A stretch of DNA of 64,000 nucleotides, from positions 165,763 to 229,762 of the forward strand of contig VRVR01000048.1 in the NCBI GenBank assembly GCA_009859145.1, given 5' to 3'. A program made the position numbers and the translations under genes. The notes beneath the pieces are model-generated. The model saw only the letters and a program-made list of their open reading frames with translations, made no database searches and was not told the origin of the DNA. Below, in pieces: positions 19,033-28,722 of this stretch; position 1 is the stretch's first letter, and each line of letters begins with the position of its first letter. The stretch is from Andalucia godoyi And28. Taxonomy: Eukaryota > Protista > Jakobida.

Positions 19033-22000
19033 ATGCGAAGAATCGTGGTGGCTTGCGCACTTATTTTTTTGATCGTACACTTGTCCTGTGCTGCTCATAC
19101 GCTTGCAGGACTGTCGTGTTCAGCAGGCGAGTTTCTGGATAATTCCGCGGCACCGCCAAAGTGCGTGGGCTGTCCTCCGGGCTCCATCTCGCAGACTGTG
19201 AACGCGTCGTCTTGCACACCTTGCTCTCCCGGGTCGTTTTCACCCTCTCTTGGCTCCAGGAACTGCACGCTCTGTCCGCCGGGCAGTGTGGCGGCTGCCG
19301 GATCGCGGAATTGCACAGCCGGGCCAACGCTCGCGTCGCTCGTGTGGTCGACTGGAGCGCTGTCGCCAGAATTTTCGGCAAATGCGTTCGCGTATCGCTT
19401 GGCTGTGAGTGCACCAACGGCAAACGTGTCGGTGGTTCCGGTCGTAAGTGCGGCAGTCCGTGCAGTAGCTGTCATCAAGGTGAATGGGAGCATCGTGGAG
19501 TCTGGAAAGCGGTCGCGGGAGTTGTCGCTGACTGCGGGAGTGAACGTGTCGGTGCCCATTGAGATTTCGGTAAGCAGCGACATGTGGACCAGATACACCG
19601 TCACGATCGCTAGAGCGACTTTTGGAACAAGCAAGTTGACGGCGCTTGCAGTCTCCGCGGGCACCCTGACTCCCGTATTTTCTGCGTACGAATTCAGTTA
19701 TTCAGTTGCAAGTGTTCCACTGACAGCTGCGAGCGTGACGATCACTCCGACCGCACAGTCAGACTATGCAACAATCAAGGTCAACAACGTGATTGTCGCT
19801 TCTCGCAGTGCCTCGAGCCCACTGTTCCTGTCTGCAGCGAGAGCAATTACAGTAACCGTGAATGTTTCCGTACCGGGCACAGTGTGGACATCCTACACCG
19901 TCTTCCTCCCAAAACTTCAAGTTCTTGCCAACGAGCTCTTTAATCTCTCGGCGTCAGCCGGGACTTGGAATCCGCAGTTTTCTCCCAAGGTGTTTGTCTA
20001 TTCGCTGTCCGTTGCTCCGCAGGTTTCGAACATTACATTTTTACCGCTTGGGCTGACGTCTCGAGTGAATGTGACTGTGAATGGCACCAGAATCCCGCAT
20101 GGTAGTGCATCCCAGGCCGTGCCGCTGATGCTGAGCAACACTGTCGTCGTCAACATTTCCGTCGTGGACATTGGAGTGGCGCCAAAGTCATACATTGTCT
20201 CTGTGTTTCGGCAGCCAGCTCCGCGCAACGCAAGTCTTTCCAGACTCGAGCTCAGCGCAGGAGTTCTTTCTCCTGCTTTCAACTCATTGATTGTTGCTTA
20301 TACCGTTGTGATGCCAGTCGACACATCGAACATTACGATCCGACCAACATCGTTTAGTCTCAGTACGCGGATATGGGTGAACAATTCGTTGGTTGTGTCG
20401 GGTTCTCAGTCCGCGGAAATACCAGTTCCTTTTGGTCAACAAATGCTGGTAGTCGTGCGACTCCAAGACGGGGATCTGCTGCGTTCGTACAACCTCAGCA
20501 TCCTTCGTCCCGGTGTGACGGTGATCTATCCGCGAAGAGATACTTCCTTTGTCTCTGGTCAGTTCATCTATGTACGCTGGAACTCGCTGTTATTGTCGAA
20601 CACAGATGCTCTCCAAGTTGTGTTTTTCAGTCCTCAGAATCGTGCTGGCGACGTTGTTGCCTCTCGTGTGCCGTCCGGAATCACCAGCTTTCCGCTCCGC
20701 ATTCCTCTCGCGATCGTCCCCGGGTCGCAGTTTACAATTGGGGTGCGGTTGAACAACAACACCAGCACTCAGGGCCTTTCGACAGGAACATTTTCTGTCG
20801 TGGCGCAAAATCCCACAAAGTATGTTTATGTGAGCTCACCCGCTCCGTTTACTCGTTTTGGAATCTGGAATGGTCCGTACCGAGTCTCGTGGACAATCCT
20901 GAACTGCAATGCCCTTGACACCGTCTCAATATCTCTACGCGACACTCTGAACAATTTCGCACTGGTTCAGATGCTGGCGCAGTACGTTCCCGCGTCGCTG
21001 CTGTCTACAGAGCTGAGACTGACTTCCACAACCGGTATTGCTGTGAATTCGGATCGATATGAGATGCACATCACACTGGATGGGGCTGCCAGCTCGGATG
21101 CAGTACCAGTTTCGTTCGCATTCAGTGCCCCCATCGTTTCTTCATTGTCCATCTTGTACCCTCGAGACTCCACGAGCTGGGTAGTCGGCGACGTCTGGGG
21201 CGTCGAGTGGGCTTCCACTGGTCTGAGTGAGAGTGAGACAGTGTCCTTCTTTCTATATCTTCCAGCCAATGCCTCCCTGCTGTGGCGACTGTCGACCCCA
21301 TCTTTGGTGTTCGCTTCCGTCGGCTATCAGGGCCTCAGAGTCACTCAGGGGGGGTCTGTTGCGTTGGGCGGTCCGTACCGCCTCCGAATGGTTGGTTCCT
21401 CCGGCGTGACAGCAGATGCCTTGGCTGATGTGTTCCTTGTCAGTTCTGCCACGCTGCCGTCTGCTACCATTATTTCGGCGTCTCCCGAGTCAACATCGTC
21501 CGTTTCTGTTCTCTTGGGATCTGCAGCGGGTGTCCTGGCATCGTCCAAGATTGTCGAGCTGTTTCGGAATGCTCTCTGTGCAGGCACTGCGTTGTCGAGT
21601 CAGATTCTAGGGCCATCCACATGGACAGCAAGGTTTCGCAATTTATCATCGGGTACCACACATTCCGTACGTGCAAGGTACACTTCTATTTCCGGCGGCA
21701 CTTCTCCTCTTTCAAGTTGTGTGGCCGTTTCGACGAATCTGGCCAGCAGTTTCTTTCCGAGCATTCGACTGTTGCATCCGATCGCGGGTCACTCGTACTT
21801 TTACACGGAGACGTCCTCCGTCATTCAGGCGCAGTCGATGGATATTCGCGTGCTCGTTTCTGGCCCCCAAAGCGTGTACACCGTCTCTGCGATGTTGCAG
21901 ACAGTGTCAGGAAGGGCGGTGCGCACATTGTTCGCAACATGTTCTACATCCTCCGAGTGTCTGATCGGGTCCGTGAAGTGGATGAATGACGTTTCGCTGA

Positions 22001-23880
22001 TGGGCGTGAGGTTTATCGCTGTGTCGTGTGTGAATTTTCCCAGCGTACAGGACAGTGAGGGTATACTGGTATCTGCAGTAGACATTGTGGCTCACACCAC
22101 ACTTCTTGCTGGGATTCAAAGTTCCCTTGTTGCAGACGTTGCTGTCTCAGCGCCTTCTGGAGTGTCTCTCTTCGTACCTGCTGGTTCTGTACCCATATCC
22201 TCTGCTGGTTCTGTACCGTTGATTTCGGTTACTTCATCCTCCTATCTCCCTTCTAATGTTCCGCCCGGAATGATAAGCACGCAGGACGGTGTGACGGCGC
22301 TGTCGACTGCGATCAAGGACAACGCTCTTTCTCAGCCGCGCTCTTTTTTGTTCCCCGTGACCTTGTCCGCCTCAATTCCGCAACGAACGGCTTCTCAACA
22401 CGAAGCTGCTTCTCAACACGAAGCTGCTTCTCAACACGAAGCTGCTTCGATCCACATGCATGGGGCAACGTGCAGTCCTTCCGTGTCGGGAACGGAGTGG
22501 CGGGCTTTCAGAAGCGAGACTGCAGGCTCCTGGTCGCTTTTGGACAAGCAGCTTGTGCAAATTGATTTGTATTCATGTTCGTTTTCTGTGCTGTTGCAAG
22601 TCTCGAACGCCGAATTTGTCTTGGGAATTCATGCCATGTCTCCTCAATCGAACAACAACAACAGCGACAAGGACGGCGCAAACCGTGACAATGTTCCTGT
22701 AATGATGATTGTCGGAGTCGTTGTCGCTGTGGTTGCTTTGCTCGTAATCTGCTGCTGCTGCCGATCATGCCACAAGAAAGCGCAAGTCAAGAAGAAAGCT
22801 GAGCGGCGAAAAGAGATGCATGCGATTTGTTCTGCAGAGTCTCATTTCTCCTTTGATTCCGTCAATCCAGACGGCACGTATGAATTGCAGCCACTCCCAT
22901 CTGCTCCCTCGCACATCTCCTCTCCTCTGATATTCAGCTTTCCTGCTCCGCTGTCCAGTGCAGGGGAGGCGACGTTCGCAACGCAGCAGGAAGCAATCGC
23001 GTGGGCCTTGAAAGACGAACCAGCAGAGAATGCCGAGTTGGCTGTTGGCTTGTGCAGATCACTTGGTGTCTTTGTCTTGTATGATTTGGCAAAGCGTGGA
23101 GCGACATGCACGGATTCTCCTCCAGTGCCGATCATGCCGACGTCTGCATCGAGGCTTGTGAGCGCTACCAGCAGTCGCCGCTTTGCAGTGGCAGATGGAA
23201 ACAGCATTTCGTCCTTTGACAAGGAAACACCGTACGCGACGTTTGTTCAGTTTGTAGGGCACACGTCTTCCATTCTCTGCTTGTCCTTTTCTGCCGACGA
23301 GGAGCGCTTGATATCCGGGGCGGAAGATGGATCCGCACGTGTGTGGAGCGTGGCTGCTGGAAGCAACCTGAAGGTCCTGGGAGGATCCCACGGTCCAGTT
23401 CGGGCAGTTGCCATTGGTGCAGTAGCGGTCACGGCCACTGATGACCTGATTGTGAGAGTTTGGGATGTGACGACTGCCCAGGTGCTAGCTGCTCTCAATG
23501 GGCACTCCGCCGCCATCCGGACCGTCGCAGTCTCCACGGACGGAGTCACTGTTGCCACGGGCTCGGATGACTCCACCGTGCGACTCTGGACGATTTTCCC
23601 AACCACCATTTGCAAGCAGATCATGACTGCGCATTGCTCTCCCGTCGTGTGCGTCTCCTTTTCGCCCGATTCGCGGTTCCTTGCATCTGCCTCGCTCGAC
23701 AGAACCGTCCGCCTGTGGGATCTCAAGTACTGCTCGCTCGCTGCAGTCATTCTGCCGTTTGTCGGGCGCACGGTAATCGAGTCTGCCAAATTCGCCTCCA
23801 GCACAGTTCTTCTCATCGAGTCCGCCGACAAGCACTCCGTGTTCTTCAGTATTCCCGAGCACCTCGTCGTCCCCGAGTGA
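19033..23880 (+). CDS. Large type I membrane protein: signal peptide, Cys-rich repeat, cadherin-like beta-sandwich repeats, Ig/FN3-like modules, TM, cytoplasmic WD40 repeats
   Basis: ATG 19033 MRRIVVACALIFLIVHLSCAA; CPPGS-type Cys repeats; four L.LS.G.LSP.F....Y repeats; TM near 22700-22750 followed by CCCC; GH...W(D/S/T) WD repeats from ~23250 to 23730. Confidence 0.85.
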   Translation: MRRIVVACALIFLIVHLSCAAHTLAGLSCSAGEFLDNSAAPPKCVGCPPGSISQTVNASSCTPCSPGSFSPSLGSRNCTLCPPGSVAAAGSRNCTAGPTLASLVWSTGALSPEFSANAFAYRLAVSAPTANVSVVPVVSAAVRAVAVIKVNGSIVESGKRSRELSLTAGVNVSVPIEISVSSDMWTRYTVTIARATFGTSKLTALAVSAGTLTPVFSAYEFSYSVASVPLTAASVTITPTAQSDYATIKVNNVIVASRSASSPLFLSAARAITVTVNVSVPGTVWTSYTVFLPKLQVLANELFNLSASAGTWNPQFSPKVFVYSLSVAPQVSNITFLPLGLTSRVNVTVNGTRIPHGSASQAVPLMLSNTVVVNISVVDIGVAPKSYIVSVFRQPAPRNASLSRLELSAGVLSPAFNSLIVAYTVVMPVDTSNITIRPTSFSLSTRIWVNNSLVVSGSQSAEIPVPFGQQMLVVVRLQDGDLLRSYNLSILRPGVTVIYPRRDTSFVSGQFIYVRWNSLLLSNTDALQVVFFSPQNRAGDVVASRVPSGITSFPLRIPLAIVPGSQFTIGVRLNNNTSTQGLSTGTFSVVAQNPTKYVYVSSPAPFTRFGIWNGPYRVSWTILNCNALDTVSISLRDTLNNFALVQMLAQYVPASLLSTELRLTSTTGIAVNSDRYEMHITLDGAASSDAVPVSFAFSAPIVSSLSILYPRDSTSWVVGDVWGVEWASTGLSESETVSFFLYLPANASLLWRLSTPSLVFASVGYQGLRVTQGGSVALGGPYRLRMVGSSGVTADALADVFLVSSATLPSATIISASPESTSSVSVLLGSAAGVLASSKIVELFRNALCAGTALSSQILGPSTWTARFRNLSSGTTHSVRARYTSISGGTSPLSSCVAVSTNLASSFFPSIRLLHPIAGHSYFYTETSSVIQAQSMDIRVLVSGPQSVYTVSAMLQTVSGRAVRTLFATCSTSSECLIGSVKWMNDVSLMGVRFIAVSCVNFPSVQDSEGILVSAVDIVAHTTLLAGIQSSLVADVAVSAPSGVSLFVPAGSVPISSAGSVPLISVTSSSYLPSNVPPGMISTQDGVTALSTAIKDNALSQPRSFLFPVTLSASIPQRTASQHEAASQHEAASQHEAASIHMHGATCSPSVSGTEWRAFRSETAGSWSLLDKQLVQIDLYSCSFSVLLQVSNAEFVLGIHAMSPQSNNNNSDKDGANRDNVPVMMIVGVVVAVVALLVICCCCRSCHKKAQVKKKAERRKEMHAICSAESHFSFDSVNPDGTYELQPLPSAPSHISSPLIFSFPAPLSSAGEATFATQQEAIAWALKDEPAENAELAVGLCRSLGVFVLYDLAKRGATCTDSPPVPIMPTSASRLVSATSSRRFAVADGNSISSFDKETPYATFVQFVGHTSSILCLSFSADEERLISGAEDGSARVWSVAAGSNLKVLGGSHGPVRAVAIGAVAVTATDDLIVRVWDVTTAQVLAALNGHSAAIRTVAVSTDGVTVATGSDDSTVRLWTIFPTTICKQIMTAHCSPVVCVSFSPDSRFLASASLDRTVRLWDLKYCSLAAVILPFVGRTVIESAKFASSTVLLIESADKHSVFFSIPEHLVVPE
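22390..22448 (+). repeat. 18-bp coding tandem repeat x3 (ASQHEA)
   Basis: GCTTCTCAACACGAAGCT repeated three times exactly. Confidence 0.95.
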
Positions 23881-23938
23881 TCCAATTACCACGACACATG
23901 GGCGCGATGGGATACGTACGAGACGGGAAATAACCAAC

Positions 23939-24020
23939 CCCTCTCTCCCTCCCTCCCTCCCTCCCTCCCTCCAACCAAACCAAACCAAACCAAACCAAAC
24001 CAAACACACAAACAAACACA
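23939..24020. repeat. (CCCT)n and (AAACC)n microsatellites
   Basis: Visible directly in the 3' flank of the receptor gene. Confidence 0.85.
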
Positions 24021-24240
24021 ATGCTTACGTAATTACCGTTTCGCTCGTCCCATCGTGCGTCCTAGTCGTAGTCGGTTCCAAAACTGGAAATAAGATGCTG
24101 GCGTTTCGGTGTTTCCTCTGTTTCCTCTTTTTGTTTTGTTTTCGTAGTGATTGTTTATCCAGCTGCGTATTGGAAAAGTAAGCATTTCCCCTCCCGCTCC
24201 TTTCTTTCTTGGACTTTGCGGACTTTGTGGGGTGCTGTCA

Positions 24241-25089
24241 ATGTTTTGTGGGAGGCTTGTGAATCGTTCGCTGGCCAGAATTCCTTTGCCTCCGTTGCAT
24301 ACCGTGTTCATGTCGTCGTCTGTGCCTACGCATTCGCGGAAAAAGGGTCGGCAGCAATGCCCGATCTCACTGTCGATATCCAACTCGACGCTGCCGGAAG
24401 CGACGTTTCATGACCATCCGAAAGACTACGAGGCCATTTTAAGCGCGCTGCAAAGCAGGCAAGGCTACAAATACATTGAAAGCGCCGCGGCTGAATTCAG
24501 CACTCATTTGCCGAGTGCGAAGAAGTATCATTTCATGGATCCAAAGCTGCATCCGTCGCTGTTTCGGTTTGACTACTTTGTCAGAGAAGACGGAAGAGTC
24601 CTTGACGGCCTAGTCATGTTCAACGAAAAAGCAGAAGGGTTTCCGGGCTGTGTGCACGGCGGAGTGTCCTCTGCGCTGCTGGATGACGCGCTTGGATTTC
24701 TTGGGTTCTACACCATCAAGGCGCTTGTCACCACCGAACTGGACGTCCGTTTTCTCAATCTCGTCAAGCTCCAAACAGTGCACTACTTGTACGTCGAGGC
24801 GGTTCCCGCGGTCGATGCTCATCGGTACGACCCACTGTACCCGCCATCCTTGTCATCGTCATCGTCATCGTCATCGTCGTCGTGTGCTGTGAGTGAGCCG
24901 GAGCGGTCCAAAAAGGATGCAGACGGAGGCGGGAAGCCAAAGGTCGAGTATGGATTCATGGGAAAGAAACCGCTGTTCCTTGGCGGACTTGTCGATCCTT
25001 TTGGTTTGGAGTGCATTTGGGCCCGCGGAAGGTTCCTGGATATTCGACACAAGGCCTCGAAGCCCATTCACCATCCCTCCAAACTATAG
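24241..25089 (+). CDS. Hotdog-fold acyl-CoA thioesterase (THEM4/PaaI-like), probably mitochondrial
   Basis: EGFPGCVHGGVSSALLDDALG motif and TTELDVRF; ATG 24241 gives an Arg/Ser-rich presequence-like N-terminus. Confidence 0.85.
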   Translation: MFCGRLVNRSLARIPLPPLHTVFMSSSVPTHSRKKGRQQCPISLSISNSTLPEATFHDHPKDYEAILSALQSRQGYKYIESAAAEFSTHLPSAKKYHFMDPKLHPSLFRFDYFVREDGRVLDGLVMFNEKAEGFPGCVHGGVSSALLDDALGFLGFYTIKALVTTELDVRFLNLVKLQTVHYLYVEAVPAVDAHRYDPLYPPSLSSSSSSSSSSCAVSEPERSKKDADGGGKPKVEYGFMGKKPLFLGGLVDPFGLECIWARGRFLDIRHKASKPIHHPSKL

Positions 25090-25361
25090 GAACACATCGT
25101 ACAGAGTAGAGTGTACATAATCTTGATTAAACCGCAAAACCCGCTAATCCCACAAAAACCCTCCTTCACATTGCCTCGTTCTCTTGCCTCCGTTTTGTCG
25201 CGTATTATCCGACAGTCACGTTCTTTTCTAGTCTTTTCTTTCATTTTCTAAAAAACAACAACAATAATCATTGTTGGTCTTTTTCCCATCTCTGTCTCGG
25301 TTCGTCTGTTTCCGAGCCTGCGCCGACTCTGCGTACTTGCTTCAAACGAGGAAGGAAACGA

Positions 25362-26357
25362 ATGCCACTTTTTGAAACAATTCCGGTCGATGCGGACAAG
25401 GTTCGGCAGATTGTGTTGGAGCATTGGTCGCTGGAGCTTGGAGCGTGTGTGAAGGCATCGCAGAACCACACGTTCACGGCAACATCGACTGCGGACTCGG
25501 GCAAGTACATTGTGCGAGTGACACCTGATCCTAAGAACACTCGATGTTTGTCGATTCAGGTCGAGCTGGCGTTTCTAGAGTATCTTGCGAAGCACGGACT
25601 GACGGTGTGTCCTGCAGTGGCGACACGTTCTGCGCCGAGCCAGGAGTTTCTGCGCGTGGATTCTCTTTCGATCTGTGTGTTTCCGTTTGCAAAGGGGAGT
25701 GCAGTGAACTACCTGGAGTGGCGGTGGATGACGGAGAAGTCGCATGTTGTTGCGCTTGGTCGGTGGATCGCACAACTTCACAGGCTTTCGAAACAGTTTG
25801 CAGTGGATCACCCAGACATCGCCGGCAAAGCTCGCGAGTACTCGGAGATCCACGATAGCATCCTTGCGGAAGCGCCGATTGACGCAAAGGACCTGGCGAC
25901 GAAGACGGATCCGGATGTGTACGGGTTGCTGCACGGCGACGTGAACCCGAGCAACTACTTTTTCGATGTGCGCGAGCAGATCCCGTATGTGTTCGACTGG
26001 GACCAGGTTGCTCGCGGGTGGTTCCTGTATGATCTTGCACAGCCGATTTGGGGAGTTGTGATGCTGGTCGGTGCTGGAAATCCTTTCGATCGGTCGCCCG
26101 TACCGCAAGCCAATGTTGCGCAGTATACGGAGTGGATTGTGGAAGGGTATGAGTCGGCGTTTGGACAGCATGTGGACACTGCAGCCCTCCAACGGATGGT
26201 CAGACTTCGCAGAGAGTTGTACTCCCGGTTCTGCCGACGAGCTGTTCTGGAACTCGATCCCACGTCGTTCATGGGCCAGTTTTGCCAGTACATCGTGCAG
26301 TGGCTGGATCGTGAAGATGCCGCCGCCGAGACCCAAGTCCAAAGCAACGACTGCTAA
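25362..26357 (+). CDS. APH/choline-kinase-fold phosphotransferase (type II homoserine kinase/YerI-like)
   Basis: E-L-x-F-L-x-Y-L, LG...LH, LLHGDVNPSN catalytic loop, VFDWD metal-binding motif, FLYDLA. Confidence 0.85.
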   Translation: MPLFETIPVDADKVRQIVLEHWSLELGACVKASQNHTFTATSTADSGKYIVRVTPDPKNTRCLSIQVELAFLEYLAKHGLTVCPAVATRSAPSQEFLRVDSLSICVFPFAKGSAVNYLEWRWMTEKSHVVALGRWIAQLHRLSKQFAVDHPDIAGKAREYSEIHDSILAEAPIDAKDLATKTDPDVYGLLHGDVNPSNYFFDVREQIPYVFDWDQVARGWFLYDLAQPIWGVVMLVGAGNPFDRSPVPQANVAQYTEWIVEGYESAFGQHVDTAALQRMVRLRRELYSRFCRRAVLELDPTSFMGQFCQYIVQWLDREDAAAETQVQSNDC

Positions 26358-26494
26358 TATCGCAGCGCGTGACGTGGTAAAATCGGTTCCTTCTCTTCTC
26401 TTCCTTCGATGTTTATTTGCAGTTTTTGTTGGCATTCTTGCGTTACTTCTTTTTTTTAAAATTTCATAATACTTTCCTCCGTATGTTCTCTTCT

Positions 26495-28177
26495 TTAAAT
26501 GTCTGTTCCTGCAGGAACGCGGGCTCGTCGAGAAGTATTGACATCTGCGCCAGACGAGGCCGCGATGCTTGCTCTCCGTTGTTGCAGCGGTTGGTAGTCT
26601 GGTGCAGACGGCGAAGTGGATGCAGCCGGTTGATCGTGTTGTTCGATCTGCGATTGCAAGGATTGCTGCTCTTCGGTGGAGACGACGGAGGTCAAATGAG
26701 CCCACGACTGCCGTTTCTGGAAATCTTGGTTTCGTTTTTCCAATGCAAGAATCAATTCCGCGAGTCCAGTTGTCCAGACAAAGTATGCATCGTCGTCGGG
26801 TGCGATCAAGTACAACGTCTCGCCGGCTTCGGTTTCGACGGCGAAGCTCAGGCGTCGATTGTCCTCTGACATTCCTTTGTATTCTCGAATGATGTCGGGG
26901 TCCGTTCGGACGGCAGTGGCGCGCAGACAGTTTGGAAACACGGTGGCCCCGGGCTCACCCCAGTACACGAATCCCGTTGCGTCGGCCATGAACGCCCGCT
27001 GATGCGGTGGTTTTGTCGCTAGCCGAGCATTCTTTTTCGAAAATCCCTTTCGGATATGCTTGTACAACAATAGCGGCTTCTGCAGCTCTTGCCAAACAAG
27101 TTCGATCGAAAACTGTCCTGCAGCATCCTCATTCCCAGCATGCGATAGTGCTGGCTGCCCATTATCGCTGCCAGAGACACGCTGCATCGCAAACTGCTGG
27201 TGTTCGGCTTGCGATGGATCGATTGTGACCGACTCGACTAATTGATCTGTGAACTGTGTCTTGGACGGCTCCACAATCCGCACTACTGGAGTCGCGGCCG
27301 AGCTGCTAGTTCTTGACGACTGGAACAAATACTCTGTGGTGGCGGTGTCTCGAGCATCCTCATTCGCCGCTGCCGACGACGCTGTTGCGACGATGCCAGC
27401 GTCGTCAACGTCGGCAAACGGGATCTTGTTTTCTGCGAGGAACTGAAGCACATTCTGGAACAGATAGAGCCTTCCTGTAAACACAGCAAGCAGCAAATGC
27501 CGGTCTTTTGCACTGACGATGAATCTGTATGGTCTATCGTTCTTGTACTCGATGGTCATGAGCAAGCGGTCTCTGCGATCGACTCTGAAGAACGCAATAT
27601 CGTCATACGAGTGCTGTGAAAACATCGCCTTCTTTTCCTGGTCGACATGCCGCACCAGCCGTCCAGCGACCACCAGCTCATGCGAGTGCAAGTGCCCCTT
27701 TGAATCCACGCCTTGCACCAAGAACGAGTAGTCACACGACGGCATCGACTTGCAAAACACACTCCACTCTGCACTAAGCTCACTGCTCTTACTCCTACTC
27801 CCTCCACCGACGCCGGCACTCCCACTGGTACTGGGGCTTGGGCTGGTTGGAGCGGGAAGCTGGTCCTTTGAAAGGCCCCCTTTGTGGTGCAAAAGCTTCA
27901 AGTTTCGAACGACATTCGCGACGATCTTCTCCGAGTCGGCAGAGAGATAGATATGTGCCTCGTCGTTCTGAAACACAATGCGAAAAAGCTGTGGGTTGCG
28001 TTGATCCCAACTCACCTTCTTCACGTTCTCCATCGCATCCCGAGTCTTTACATTCCCAGAAAACGGATCAATCACCAAAATGTCCTGAATCGACAGCACT
28101 AAAAGACGTGAAAACACCTGGTTACGCCTCGAAAACCGAAACACCGGGTACGACGTAAACTCCACAACTCCACCCAT
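26495..28177 (-). CDS. Multi-PH(-like) domain protein
   Basis: Two N-terminal repeats resembling the RME-8/DNAJC13 N-terminal PH-like module; C-terminal PH domain ending SFAVETEAGETLYLIA...VWTTGL; ATG 28177. Confidence 0.65.
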   Translation of the reverse strand: MGGVVEFTSYPVFRFSRRNQVFSRLLVLSIQDILVIDPFSGNVKTRDAMENVKKVSWDQRNPQLFRIVFQNDEAHIYLSADSEKIVANVVRNLKLLHHKGGLSKDQLPAPTSPSPSTSGSAGVGGGSRSKSSELSAEWSVFCKSMPSCDYSFLVQGVDSKGHLHSHELVVAGRLVRHVDQEKKAMFSQHSYDDIAFFRVDRRDRLLMTIEYKNDRPYRFIVSAKDRHLLLAVFTGRLYLFQNVLQFLAENKIPFADVDDAGIVATASSAAANEDARDTATTEYLFQSSRTSSSAATPVVRIVEPSKTQFTDQLVESVTIDPSQAEHQQFAMQRVSGSDNGQPALSHAGNEDAAGQFSIELVWQELQKPLLLYKHIRKGFSKKNARLATKPPHQRAFMADATGFVYWGEPGATVFPNCLRATAVRTDPDIIREYKGMSEDNRRLSFAVETEAGETLYLIAPDDDAYFVWTTGLAELILALEKRNQDFQKRQSWAHLTSVVSTEEQQSLQSQIEQHDQPAASTSPSAPDYQPLQQRRASIAASSGADVNTSRRARVPAGTDI

Positions 28178-28722
28178 CCTCGCTCCGTCACCGATCACCA
28201 GCAATACCAATTCAATAATGCAGGTTCCGTACTTGCGTAACGGTTGGCCGTTTTGTGCATCAACATTGAAACATCAAGCAATATCATCCCGGGAAGTCTG
28301 TTAGATAATCTCACCCCTATGAAAGAACACGATTTTCCTACCGTAGTCAAGTCCAGATTTTCCTCACGTTTTTCTTTCTGCACCACCGACTGTAGTCGCA
28401 CTCTTGAAACCTTGAGACTTGAGACTGGAATCGAAAACGAGGGAAAAGAAAAAGGAAAAGAAAGAGAAAAAAAAAACGGTTTGACGAAGACGCATAAGTA
28501 TTCGGAACTAATCGTTATGTTTTGTTGATTGGATTTTTGTTTTTGTTTTTTGTGATGATTTTCGGTTATTTTCCCATCTTCTTTGATTTGCCGTCAGAAA
28601 CGAAGAGAAGAAAGGGTTGCGAGTACTTGATAATTGTGTATTGAGAGTGTGAGCGAGTGAGTGATTAAGTGAGTGGGTGTGAGAGAGAGCGAGATCAGTA
28701 GGAAGATTGTAATAAAAAAAGG

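Noticed and set aside
25575-26705. 376-aa antisense ORF over the phosphotransferase
   Set aside because: Opposite strand of a motif-supported gene; no recognisable features.
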